DNA of 64,000 nt from Eledone cirrhosa. Taxonomy: Eukaryota. Shown piece by piece: positions 24,512 to 36,330 of this stretch. Position 1 is the stretch's first letter. Each line of letters starts with the position of its first letter. Under the pieces are notes generated by a model. The model was not told the DNA's origin and ran no database searches. It was given only the letters and a program-made list of their open reading frames with translations. The stretch lies in NCBI GenBank assembly GCA_964016885.1, contig CAXHJY010000394.1, positions 16,271 through 80,270 of the forward strand, in the 5' to 3' direction. The position numbers and the translations under genes are program-made.

Positions 24512-25613
24512 ACTAGGGCTATAACACCCCACTTGCCGATTTTGCATTGGGTAACCCCTGCTTGCCAAGGAAGACGTAAGATCTTCTTTGTATTCTTTTA
24601 TCGCTTCCTTTATTTCCTTTCCCCCTCTCTCCTTTGTCCTTCTACCCCAGCTCTTCTCCTTTGTCGGCGTCTTTTCTCGCCCACCCGAGGCTGCCCTTTG
24701 GCCCCATGTAGCCTTAGTACCCCCCCCCCTCCCCTAGTCTATGATAGATTCGGCGGACTCCGCCCTTTATAGCAGTTGGCTTAGACCCCGGATACTTGCC
24801 CCCTTTTTCCGACCGCTCCCACTATTCTTTGTGCCCTCTATATTTCTTAGTGGCACTTATGCCTTATTTTTTCGTTTCAGTATTTCTTGCTTCGCTTTTC
24901 TTCTGGGCGGGGTGGATTCTGAATTTATTTCTCCGTATTCTACGTTTATTTCGTACGAACCTTCATGTAGCTTGTTTTAGATCTTTTAGAGTTAGCATTA
25001 GTATATATTTTTCTCGGGACTCAGAATTATTATCTCGTACAAGTTCACTTTGCTGCACTGGGTCGTTGCTGGCCCGGGATGGAAGCCTTTATTGTTTATT
25101 TCGTGGTAGTCTCTTTAGTATTTTGGCCCCTTTTGTTGACCCGTCACCGTATCATTTACGTACTTATACCTCTTAAAAGGGTCCTTGCCTATTTCGTCCC
25201 ACCTAGTTCTTTTACTTATTTCGTTATTTATTTATTTATTTATTTATTTACTTCTTTCTTTCTTTCTTTATTTTTTCTAGCCTAACAATAGCCTGACACC
25301 TAGGTCGTAGAATTTATTTACTTTACTTTTTTCTTTACACTTATTTGCTTTTCTTCACTCTCAGTATTTTTTCTTTCCTATTTCTACCCCCCATTGTTCT
25401 ACCTACCGTTCCGACGTCCTCCCCCTCCCCCTCCCCTGTATCTTCTTTGACCTCATGCCCAGCTGTAGCTGGCACTACCAACGCTTGATTGGGTCTACTC
25501 CACCCCCTCCCCTCTTTCTCCTACTGGCAGGTTTAGCCACCATCTCCCCTACTAATTTGCAACCACAGAATTACTACTGATTTTTGACAATCACTTTGAC
25601 CATATATGGAATT

Positions 25614-25707
25614 ACCCCTTGAGAAGATCGGCTATTTAAATACCAGGATAAATTTTCATTTAGTCCAGAATTAGCCGTCGAAACGGCTTGAGCTCAGCTG
25701 TCGGGGT
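25614..25707 (+). ncRNA. Type I hammerhead motif with U3-A8 core, long stem II and near-palindromic stem III
   Basis: ACCCC-TTGAGAA-GATCGGCTA…TAGCCGTC-GAAAC-GGCTTGAGCTCAGCT-GTC-GGGGT. Confidence 0.8.
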
Positions 25708-25838
25708 CTTACTGGTTCCTATTACCCACTCTACTACCTCAAGTATTGAGTACTTTGGTGCGTTATGGTCCACCTGGTTCCTTACCACATTTCCTTCGTT
25801 ATATATATATATATATATATATATACGCACACACACAG

Positions 25839-25908
<70 letters not shown>

Positions 25909-26357
25909 CTGTTCGACTCTCACATATGAAAATATGGTTTGTGAAAGAATTGAAACATGCTGGTTGCAGTTAGTCATCTTGTCAGTATGTCGTCACGTGT
26001 CAGAAAAGTAAACATCATAGCAGGTTTTAAGAATCTGAAGTTTGACATCAGTAACAGCAACGAGCAAGTTTGAATTGACCAATAATCTTACTTGCTTTTG
26101 GCAAGTGATTTCATCTCTTGTCTCGTATCTTGTTAGAATTAGATTTCTCCTAGACAAAGTGATAATCATTTTTTTTTCTCTACATATTTTAAATAGCTCG
26201 AATTGAATGCTGTTTGTGTGTGTATATGTGAGATGTGGGGGGGGGGTATACAAAGATGTGTGTGTTGTGTGTATGCATATGAGAACGTAGATGTGTAACA
26301 CTTAGTATATAAAAGCTGACAGTTAAGTACACGAATTACCCTCGAAGTATGTATATG

Positions 26358-26421
<64 letters not shown>

Positions 26422-26423
<2 letters not shown>

Positions 26424-26690
26424 GAGGCACGTGTCCTAGCGGTAAGGGTGTTGGACTTACGATCATAATGTCGTGGGTTTGATTGCTGGGTTGCGTGTTG
26501 TGTTCTTGAGCAAAACACTTCATTTCACGTTCCTCCAGTATACTCAATAGCTGGAGATTTAACCTTGCGATGGACTTGCGTCCTGTCCTGGGTGGGTGGG
26601 GGGGGGGGGGATCTTGTACTCTCAGTCACTTCACGCCATGAAACGAGGATAAGCATCGGCCAAATGACCCTTCTGGCTTTAGACAGACAA
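26422..26690 (+). mobile_element. tRNA-derived CORE-type SINE
   Basis: tRNA-like head (GGCACGTG.CCTAGCGGTAAGG…GGTTTGATT), CORE-like GTGTTCTTGAGCAAAACACTT, then GCGATGGAC…CCTGTCC.GGG. Confidence 0.65.
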
Positions 26691-27061
26691 TCTGAAACAT
26701 GGAAAGACGATATTAGCGATTCGTATCTGTTTATTGATGCTCGTAGTTTAATCCACCTGGCTGTAAATACATAAATAACATGAAACTAGATTTCATCGCT
26801 CTAGGTACTATATAACTATTGAATACTAAGCTCAAATGGTCTTACGTTCATAAGCTGAAAGAGCAGTATGCAGCAAATATATAAATAACTTGAAGCTAGA
26901 CTTCATTACTCTAGGTTCTATATAAATGGCGAGGACTTAGGTTGCATGATCATGCGATTATATTCAGAGATAGCACTGGGCTCTGATATGTTATAGGACT
27001 TATAGAACTGGTAAGATATAGTTACACATAGACACTCAGGCAGGTACATAATACATATGCA

Positions 27062-27113
27062 TGCATACATACATACATACATACATACATACATACATAC
27101 ATACATACATACA

Positions 27114-27144
<31 letters not shown>

Positions 27145-27234
27145 GCATGTATACATACATACATACATACATACATACATACATACGTACATACATACAT
27201 ACATACATACATACATACATACATGCATACATAC
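27062..27234. repeat. (CATA)n microsatellite
   Basis: Direct reading of the sequence. Confidence 0.95.
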
Positions 27235-27942
27235 AAGATGGGTAGGAAAGGGATTCCAAATGCATAATCTTCTGAGAAAGAGGTTTTGGGCGATGTAATT
27301 GACTGGCGCTAGGCCAGATTTGACACCGGATTATTTGGAAAATTTACCAATAATAGACTGGTGTTCTATCGATAAGCACTTTTACTCCTCAACTAATGAC
27401 ATAAACCTGGAACTAAGCAGCAGTTCTAGAAAGCGCTATCGATCGAGTTTTACCAACAGATAGATTTTTATATATACCCCAGTCAAATCAAACTTAGATT
27501 TTCCCATATATCTGAACCTTATGAACACAAAATATGCTTACAACGGAATTGTGTTGTGTTTAAAAGTATAGAATTTCCATGAAATCCGATTTAAAATATT
27601 TCCATATGCTTGATATTATATGTAAATATACGGGCCCAAATCTATGTAAAGTATAGCGCAATTTACTCCTGATTAACATATTCCAGTCGGTTATAATACA
27701 CAGCCAATCAATACACTTTTCCTCAAGCCTACATTTTATTTATGCGTACAGAACTAAAAGATATCCGGTAGTAGGGGCATACCTTTCGCATGTCGTTCAC
27801 CAGCATTGGAACATTAACCCCCCCCCCCCCCCCCCCAAACACCACTCTCTATAACTTTCGTAACAACATAGAGAAATTTTAGTAGCTGTCAAGGAACTCA
27901 ACCATAAAACAATTTTGTTTCCGGTAAATTAATTTCTGTACC

Positions 27943-28085
27943 CAGACCTGCCAACCTCTAAAAACCCAAACGGGGAGTACCCCAAAACGGAAGGGAGATT
28001 TTACATAATCAAGAGAAGACATCTCTCATCCACCCCAACGTAGGTGGGAGATCTCCCCGTCGGAGGGGGGTGGGGGGCAGGTCTG
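27943..28085. mobile_element. 143-bp MITE-like element
   Basis: TIRs CAGACCTGCC/GGCAGGTCTG, flanked by a 6-bp direct repeat TGTACC. Confidence 0.65.
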
Positions 28086-29863
28086 TGTACCTGTGATGAG
28101 ATGTATTTCAATTACAGATACTGTCCATCAGACGGATTTTAAAAATGTTTCCGTTTAGGTAAAATGTACATATCTAAGACGCTACACTATGAGATCGAAC
28201 ACGTAAAATAAACATAATTGTGACGAGATCTTCGTAACCATTCGGTGATGCTGTATCTTCGGGTGACTAACAAGAGATTTAGAAATAGAACTAGAAACTC
28301 CTGTCGGGGAGGAGGTATTTTATGTACTGCTAATTCAACTGAAATTGTACTTCACTGAGGAATTTTCATCATATCAGCACACATTTTCTGTGCTGCTGGA
28401 ATTGCTTCTGCAACCATTCAAGAGCTAACTTCAAGAAAAAAAACCTTCCACACCTTCCTTATTTTCTTCATCTTGCTACTTTAGATTATTATCTGTTGAA
28501 AAACTTTCAGAATTATTTTAATAAAAAACATTTTTCTTATTTGGATGACCTAAAATCCAGTATATGTATTATTTTAACTTCAAAATCTTGAATTATACAA
28601 ACACACAGATGAAAAATATATATATTGTTATTAATGGAAAACATAATAGATATAAAAGTCTTAGCTTTTTTCTTCTGTTTTTGAATAATTTTTTGTTTAT
28701 TTTTCTTTGAAGTATTGCTTTGCGGGGGAATAGGTGCATATGGGGTGTGTACGAGTTGAACAGACGTTTTGCCGTAGAAAAATATGAAAGTGCTTAAAAC
28801 ATTAGAACAGTGTAAAGATTATAAGAACAATGTTGAAGGTTAGATTTACGATATTTTCCGATATGGGCTACTAATCTTAGTTATTACACCCTCATAATAA
28901 TAATTGTTACCAGCATAGGCAGAAGTTAAAAGCTTTCGGTGGGAGGGAACAGTTGATTATATCAACCACCAAAGGATGAAAGACATAGTCGCCCTCGGTG
29001 AGCTTTGAAGTCAAAACGTAAAGAACCCGAACAAAAGCCGCTCAAACGCTCTAATGATTCTGTGAATCCACGGCCATGGTGAATCCACGATGGTGATGAT
29101 GATGATTTCTCTTTGCCACAGGGTGATAGTGGAAGCAACTATGTAAGGACTATTACAAAAACGATGAGAATTTATTCAGTATCGATTATGAAATAGAAAA
29201 CTTGGAAAAGAAAAGTTTACGAAAGATATGGAACGAGATGCCTGAATAAATACGAAGAAGTAATCAAGGAATCCCACTGAATCAAGGTTAGCCATTCTAC
29301 CGAGGCACATGCTGAAAGTAAACCTATTCAGGCGACAATTGGCATCAGCCTCAGAACATTCACTGAGTGGCAATATCTCTCGCTCCGCCCTCATTTTCTT
29401 TTCCGTGTGAGATGTGGCCGAAGAAGAAGGTCTCTTCATTCTTTTCAATACAATTCGTTTGGCATATTCACATGACAAAGGAAAACTTCTTGCTCTTCTC
29501 GGCCAAGAGAACGTGAAGAGCCGGTTCGTAAAATGGATGGATGTGATAGCTATATGCATCATACCTGCGACCTCCACAGTTTTGCTCTATCACGATTGAC
29601 CTGAACTAAAAGCAACAGCAACAACAAACTTCATGTGTACGTGTTTTGTGACTGATTATTTCAACAACAATGAAGTAAAATAAGAGGGAAACAAAGAAAC
29701 AAGACAGTATGTGTGTGTATGTGTGCATGTTTATGAATGCGTGTATGTGCATGTGTGTGCATGTAGGAATGCGTATGTGATTTGAGTCTTAATGAACGCG
29801 TCACATGTGTATTATACTATATACATCATGTATGGTCGAGAACCCCGCATTATTTTAGTAAAT

Positions 29864-30049
29864 GGCGGTGGATTGGCAGTATCGCTAAAGGGTCGGACGC
29901 TTTGCAGCATAGAGTTACGGCCCTTGTCATTCTGAGTTCAAATCCCACCGAGGTTAACTTTGCCTTTCATCCTTACGGGGTCGATAAAATAAAGTACCAG
30001 TAATACACTGGGATAATTGCTGGCCTTGTGCCAAAAGTAGAAACAATTA
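29864..30049 (+). mobile_element. Meta-type tRNA-derived SINE with TSD
   Basis: Full consensus. TSD ATTATTTTAGTAAAT on both sides. Confidence 0.9.
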
Positions 30050-31694
30050 TTTTAGTAAATAACAAAAGTAAGTGTTGTCAGATGAAATTGATTTCACTAT
30101 TGCCTCAAATATTTGGTTAGTATGTCTCATATTTAAAGTACTCTGTTTTGAACTGATTGACAGTGTTATCGACGTGTATCAGCTTATAAACTAAATACCA
30201 CTTCTCTCTTTAAATAAGATGTGTTTAATAAATATCAATGAATTGTCGTCTAGAGAGAAAACAAAATTGTTACTAAAAACATTACCTACTGTTTTTTCCT
30301 CAATCTTGGGTGATGAAAACAAATTCACCCTATATAGGAGGCGAATCAATAATTATTAAGTGTGAATCAATGAACAGAAACACAAGATATAAGACATCAA
30401 AGGAAATTGATAATTCGTACAAATATATTTGCTATGTATTTCTAATCCTAAATATTTGTAGGGAACTCACTACGCTTTGGTAAATTACTGAAAGGTATAA
30501 GGCACTGTATACCGCAAACTGTTTAAACTAAAATCTGCCATATTCTTTGACAAACACAAAGCTTCTCTCAAATTGTGATAACATTATGTCTCATTCCCAA
30601 ATAGGGCAACTTCCCTGAACTTAGCGACAGAAGTAAACAATGTATCAACCTTCGCATTTACACTTGTTTAAGTATCTCAGAGTGAAGGTAAACTTCCGTC
30701 GAGCTGAATCAGCAACATAGATTATTTGATTCTATGTTATTCATTAATTCAGAGAGAGAGAGATAGACTCTACTAGACTGGTGTGAATTCAATACTCTTT
30801 ATGAAAATGAAACCGTTGGCGGTGACACAAGATCCAAATAAGCGTAACGATATTACTTTTACTACATTCATTTTAAATTCTGTTAAGCGCCTAAAAGTGT
30901 CAGTCCTACCTTTTGAACTCAACTCTAGGTTTATATATTCAAGTGAGGTTTGTGACATTAAAAGATATTTAACAAATCCAAATACCAGATTTTCTTTTGA
31001 TTTTCAAAGTCACCCTGCTGCGCTACTGATTAAAGATGTTTAGACTACAACGTTATACATAACCGAAGAGATATGCTTTAGAAGTAGCTAGTCGCAAGAA
31101 AATAAATGATCTCACAGTGGTTACGATTCATTGCACCACTCGCTTACATCGCTTATATATATTGGTGAGGATAGAATGATTTGAGATGTATGTTCCGGCT
31201 TTCTTGCGCTTTTACAGTTCAAATCCCGTCGAGGTCAACTTTGCTTTTCATCCGTTCGCGGATGATAAATATACTACCATCCTAGCACAGGGATCGATTA
31301 TTTTTCTATATCAGTTTCTAACCTTCTTTCTCTATCACAGAGTTGGGATGGGTACCGCCAGGTTTAAAGTGCTAACGACACGACGGCGCCCTCCGACTCA
31401 ATCAGGAATTATAGGTCTATACATATATGCATTTACCAAAGGGAATATTACATATGAAAGATGTCATTGGAATGTTACTGATACAGAAAAATAGTTCCAT
31501 ATTTTCTATAATCATGAATCTCATCTTCATTGTCATTTATTTGTTTATCGTATAATATTTATTTCTGTCGTAAGGACAGGACTTCAAATTTCGAATAAGG
31601 GTAATAGTCAATTATATTAGTTTGGTATATCATTTTATAGACGTCGTTAGAGTGAAAGGTAAAGCAGAACTCGGGTTGATTTGATCGCAGAACA

Positions 31695-31813
31695 TATAGG
31701 GTGGGCCAAATGTAGCTTCCTATTTTAGAAAATTCATAATTGTTATTATTAAGTTAATTTGTAATGTTTTATTAATAAAAATAGGTAAGGAGTGACTTTT
31801 GGCCCACCCTATA
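31695..31813. mobile_element. Tc1/mariner-type MITE
   Basis: TIRs TATAGGGTGGGCCAAA/TTTGGCCCACCCTATA with TA ends. Confidence 0.75.
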
Positions 31814-32366
31814 TATTATATTAACTATATACCACAAAGCATATTTTCTACATTTTCAACGATTCAGGCAATGCTTAAATATAAATGTATCGCCTGCCGA
31901 ATACTTCTTTACGTCATCGTTACGTGAGAGATTATATAACAACTTAAACTTGTTAAATTATATCTCCCATTACATAAAAAAAAATACTTCCAAATGATAT
32001 AGCGATAATGTTAAAGTCAGAGAACAAGAGTATCGCATGTCAGTTTGTCTACAATAAACCTTCGTCTGCATGTCGAAGTAAAGTGTGGTCTCTAGCTAGG
32101 CAAGGAATGATCGTATATCTGAAGCATTAGATCTTTAGATTGTGCCCACTTGTCGACCGACTAATTGCGTGCAATAGGTCAGCTCGATCTGAGCTGATTA
32201 GTGGTATAGAATAATATCACCAACAACATATAAGTTTAAGAAGCAAACTACCTAATAGTCTCCTGGGTCGATAACATTTACATAAAGATTAAAATCAAAC
32301 ATTATGTAAGTGCACAACTGCTCATATATCAATTTTGAAATTCTTCCAACTTGAATATATTGTATA

Positions 32367-33314
32367 CTAGCAGTAAAGCCCGGCGTTGCTCGGGGTCGCT
32401 CAGTAGCTGTGTTAAAGTTACAATGTTAAGTTTCTTTCTTGGCTTAAAAACTGTAGTGTCTACTGTGCAGACTTGCATGTGGTGTTTTTGATTAATATTC
32501 CCTCAACCAACAATATGCCTTATGAAGTTAAGAAAACATAACGATAACCCGAATGTTATAACAAAAGAGGATGCTGGGGATAGAAACTGCACTGGTTATT
32601 TATTAACAAAGATCGAAAATGTAAACACTGCAACGCAGAGAAAAACATTAGCGTAACCAAATTATCAGTTATGTCTGTCTGCACGCCTATATCACCTCTC
32701 TGCACGACTGTCTGTCTGCACGCCTATATCACCTCTCTGCACGACTGTCTGTCTGCACGCCTATATCACCTCTCTGCACGACTATCTGTCTGCACGCGTA
32801 TATCACCTCTCTGCACGACTGTCTGTCTGCACGACTGTCTGTCTGCACGCCTAACGACGAAATATTTGCTTGTTTTACGTAGTCTTTAAATAGACTTGTT
32901 TTCAAGTAAAAATATTGTTTTAAAATGCTTTTAAATGGAAATGAAGCAAAACGGAAGCTTAGTGTTCGAACTGATGAATTTTGCAGGTCAATATTTTGCT
33001 GGCTCGACAACTGTTCGTGTATTGTGTTAATGTCATTTTAAACGCTGAGAAAGCCAGCGTAATTTTTTACGTAAGACGCTCAATGTAAACAGAACAAAGG
33101 GAAATAACTGATAACTTACGCTCAAAAATCGATACATTATATTCGATTTCGTCACATAGGGTGGGTCAATTTGAAATATTTTTTTTCCGATGTCTTCGCT
33201 AGGGCTCAATGTACAAGTATAGCAATTTCGGTGCAATTCCGTCAGAGATTCTAAGAGGAGATGTGTGCCAAAAATCGATAGACAGACAGACAACCACAGT
33301 TTTATATATATAGA
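32367..33314 (-). mobile_element. Non-autonomous Helitron
   Basis: On the minus strand: 5' A|TCTATATATATAAAA, a 3' hairpin CCCGAGCAACGCCGGG, then CTAG|T. Inserted at an AT site with no TSD. Confidence 0.8.
32672..32852. repeat. 37-bp minisatellite inside the Helitron
   Basis: TGTCTGTCTGCACGCCTATATCACCTCTCTGCACGAC x4 plus partial units. Confidence 0.9.
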
Positions 33315-33320
33315 TATACA

Positions 33321-33518
<198 letters not shown>

Positions 33519-34432
33519 CATACATATGTGTTTTATGTGTAGGTGTGTGTATGTATGTGTGAGCAATGTATATATATATTGATAAAGATTCTTAAATGCG
33601 TATATATGTTTGCGTAGGTAAGTGACTATATTGCTCTGTAAAACTTATCTTTGAGATTTCTAATTTGATGTTTAAACTACGAAGGTGATCATTGCTTGGA
33701 AGATATTTCACACATTATATATCACTGCTCTGAGGGAATGAAAGGTTACTAACTATATAAGATTACGAGTGTACGGGGAATTAATTTGTAACCTGCTAGA
33801 ACTCAATATAAGATCATTCTGTTGGAAAATCTTACAGCATGAATACTACAATGCCGAAATAGTTTGCTGAATAAGATTGTGAGTTTTCTATATTTCACAA
33901 ATCAATTTCTAAAAGTTTTCAATGATTTATTAAAATCTCTTGGAGAAAATTTCTGGTCTATACGACGCCAATAATCAGGGAAATAAGTCTAAAGTTCAGT
34001 ATTTTCTTTGGCTATGTCTTCTTACAAAACTATTCTATTGTTTAGTGCAACCTTATTACACGCTGGAGTGGTATGAGAAGAAAAACTAATTCATCTGTTA
34101 GTAATGCTCATGTAATGGAAGCAAATATATGGGCCACATCATTTACATTTTGAATTCCATTAGTATTGTTAAATCTCACTTATCCACAATATATAATGTT
34201 GGCATATATATATATATATATATATATATTGTTATACTTGGGGAGGGTCATATTTGCGTAATATTGCCAGAATTAATAACAGAACACACTCACTGTTTGG
34301 TTGGTTTTCGCTTCTCGCTGTCTTTTATATCTGCGATCTAACTTACTCGGTCCTCAATGTTGCCATTGACTGAACGACGGTCAAAAATAATACAATATAG
34401 ACACAAACACATATATATAGTTTACATAATTT

Positions 34433-34472
34433 ACATAAATCTTTCGTTGCACATCTGCAACATCCTCAGTGG
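34433..34472 (-). ncRNA. Minimal hammerhead motif in a pLTR remnant (34228-34520), same family as 1-233
   Basis: Reverse complement reads CA-CTGAGGA-T-GTTGCA.GATG.TGCAAC-GAAAG-ATT-TA-TG. Confidence 0.65.
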
Positions 34473-34530
34473 TGTTATATTTTTTTTTCCTCCTGTTGTG
34501 TTGTATGTCTACGTTGTATTTATATATATA

Positions 34531-34738
34531 TTAGAAAGTGAGGTTTTTTTTACAAAATGAAAAATAACCGAGGTGTCCTACACGAGTGAAAGTATAAAGA
34601 AAAAAAGATGAAATCGAAAATGCAACTGCAGTCTTATTTAAAAAATATATATATATATTTATTTGGCTTCTTTACCGGTTTCGCAGTTCTTCTGCTTTTC
34701 AAAAGTAGTTGAGATGGAGGGTCTGTGGTTTTTCTCAC

Positions 34739-34740
<2 letters not shown>
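34531..34740 (-). mobile_element. ~210-bp HHR-bearing element, copy 2 (HHR at 34670-34705)
   Basis: Reverse complement reads CTT-TTGAAAA-GCAG.AAGAA.CTGC-GAAAC-CG-GTA-AAG. Same ends as 21044-21256. Confidence 0.8.
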
Positions 34741-34773
<33 letters not shown>

Positions 34774-35817
34774 CAAATATTAATCTCAAATAAGGCTCAG
34801 AATTGACTTTAGGGAAAATCACAAGAGAGTAGCTTAAAATAAAGGAAACCCATATGCGTATCATCCCAGAGGCAAAATTCATTGTTAAGCCAGCTAAATA
34901 TCTAGGGCTTAACGAATTGTATATTACATATTATATATATTGTATGTATGTATCTACCACAAGGCAGAAACAACGCTGACTATACATCCTATGTTGGTGA
35001 GTGAATCATTAAAATTTGTCGGATGACTATCTATTGGATGCGGGAGCAGTCTGTTTATCTGTTCAGCGACATATCTGGAGTTTTCTTATTCTAAACAGAG
35101 ACTAGTAATATAGTTTTGTCAATGACGTAGCTGTGTGTATATCATGATAGATTATCAGAGATTGTGAGGCCTAGACTTTGAAGGTTTTCTTTTGTGTGCT
35201 ATTTATGTCTATAGAAGATATGCTATGCAATACTATATTTTCATGACATGTGTAGTCGTCATTCGTGATGTTGGAAGAGAGTAGGTTATCGTTTAAGCCA
35301 TTGAAAACTGTTCTCAAGGTCATTATTCATGGAGACAGTGTATATCATGCGTGTAGTTATTAGTTTACAGGTTTAAAGAGTGAAGGGTGGTAGTAAAATA
35401 GACGGCAAATAGGTCGTTGTATATATAAGAAATAGTGTGGGTGGTATTACAAAACCTTGGTTCATCAAAGTCTGGGTCAAGGAGGGCTCTATCGGCACGC
35501 GCTGCAGTGGGGACGTATGACACCAAATTTCAGATTTACGAGAAGCGAGGCGATTTGCACCATATACAAACAACATATGTATCGTTAAATCTTTGAAGAA
35601 ATATCCTTTGTATAGTAATTACTGCAGTAAAACTGTCAAATATAAATAATAGAATCTGAATTTGCAGGATGGAAAGGCGCAGTCTCTGTAATATTAACGC
35701 TAACCTCAGCCTAAAGCACACGTAACTCATGTCTCAGGTTGGTGTTTTTTATTATTTCTAATATGAATATTTCTAATATAATATAATATAATATTTCTAA
35801 TATAATATTTCTAATTA

Positions 35818-35931
35818 TTTCAAATCCTGCCGAGGTTAACTTTGCCTTTCATCCTAACGGGGTCGATAAAATAAAGTACCAGTAATGTACTGGGTAATTG
35901 CTGGCCTTGTGCCAATAGTAGAAACAATTAT
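35818..35931 (+). mobile_element. Meta-type SINE, 5'-truncated
   Basis: Core consensus and 3' end GTAGAAACAATTA. Confidence 0.85.
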
Positions 35932-36252
35932 TTCTAATATAGATTATATAGTAGAGAGTTATGCCAAATTTGATCGAATCATTTGTTAATACTAAGTGCT
36001 ACATTTCTTTCGCCAACATTTTAAAGAGCGAATATACACTAGAAAGGGAATGATATATTAGCGCAAATCACTAGAAAGTCTGACTGCTTGGATGATATAG
36101 TAGTGTGTACGGAGCATGGATAGAGATCCCATGCGATAAAGACAGCGGTTGTTCACCTCCCCCCATGAAAACATATCCACGCACAAACACACATACATAC
36201 ATATGCATACATACATACACACACATATATATATATAGAGAGAGAGAGATAA

Positions 36253-36321
<69 letters not shown>

Positions 36322-36330
<9 letters not shown>

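Larger units (their letters stand above)
23460..25800 (+). mobile_element. 5'-truncated Naiad-like PLE: inverted pLTR, GIY-YIG fragment, pLTR and tail, in (TA)n
   Basis: ~440-bp near-perfect inverted repeat (23460-23898 / 25284-25722) and 78-bp tail (25723-25800). Confidence 0.9.

Noticed and set aside
29560-29600. Minus-strand peptide VNRDRAKLWRSQ, reminiscent of a TRPV TRP-box
   Set aside because: Only 12 residues, with no other channel-like exons seen. Insufficient support.
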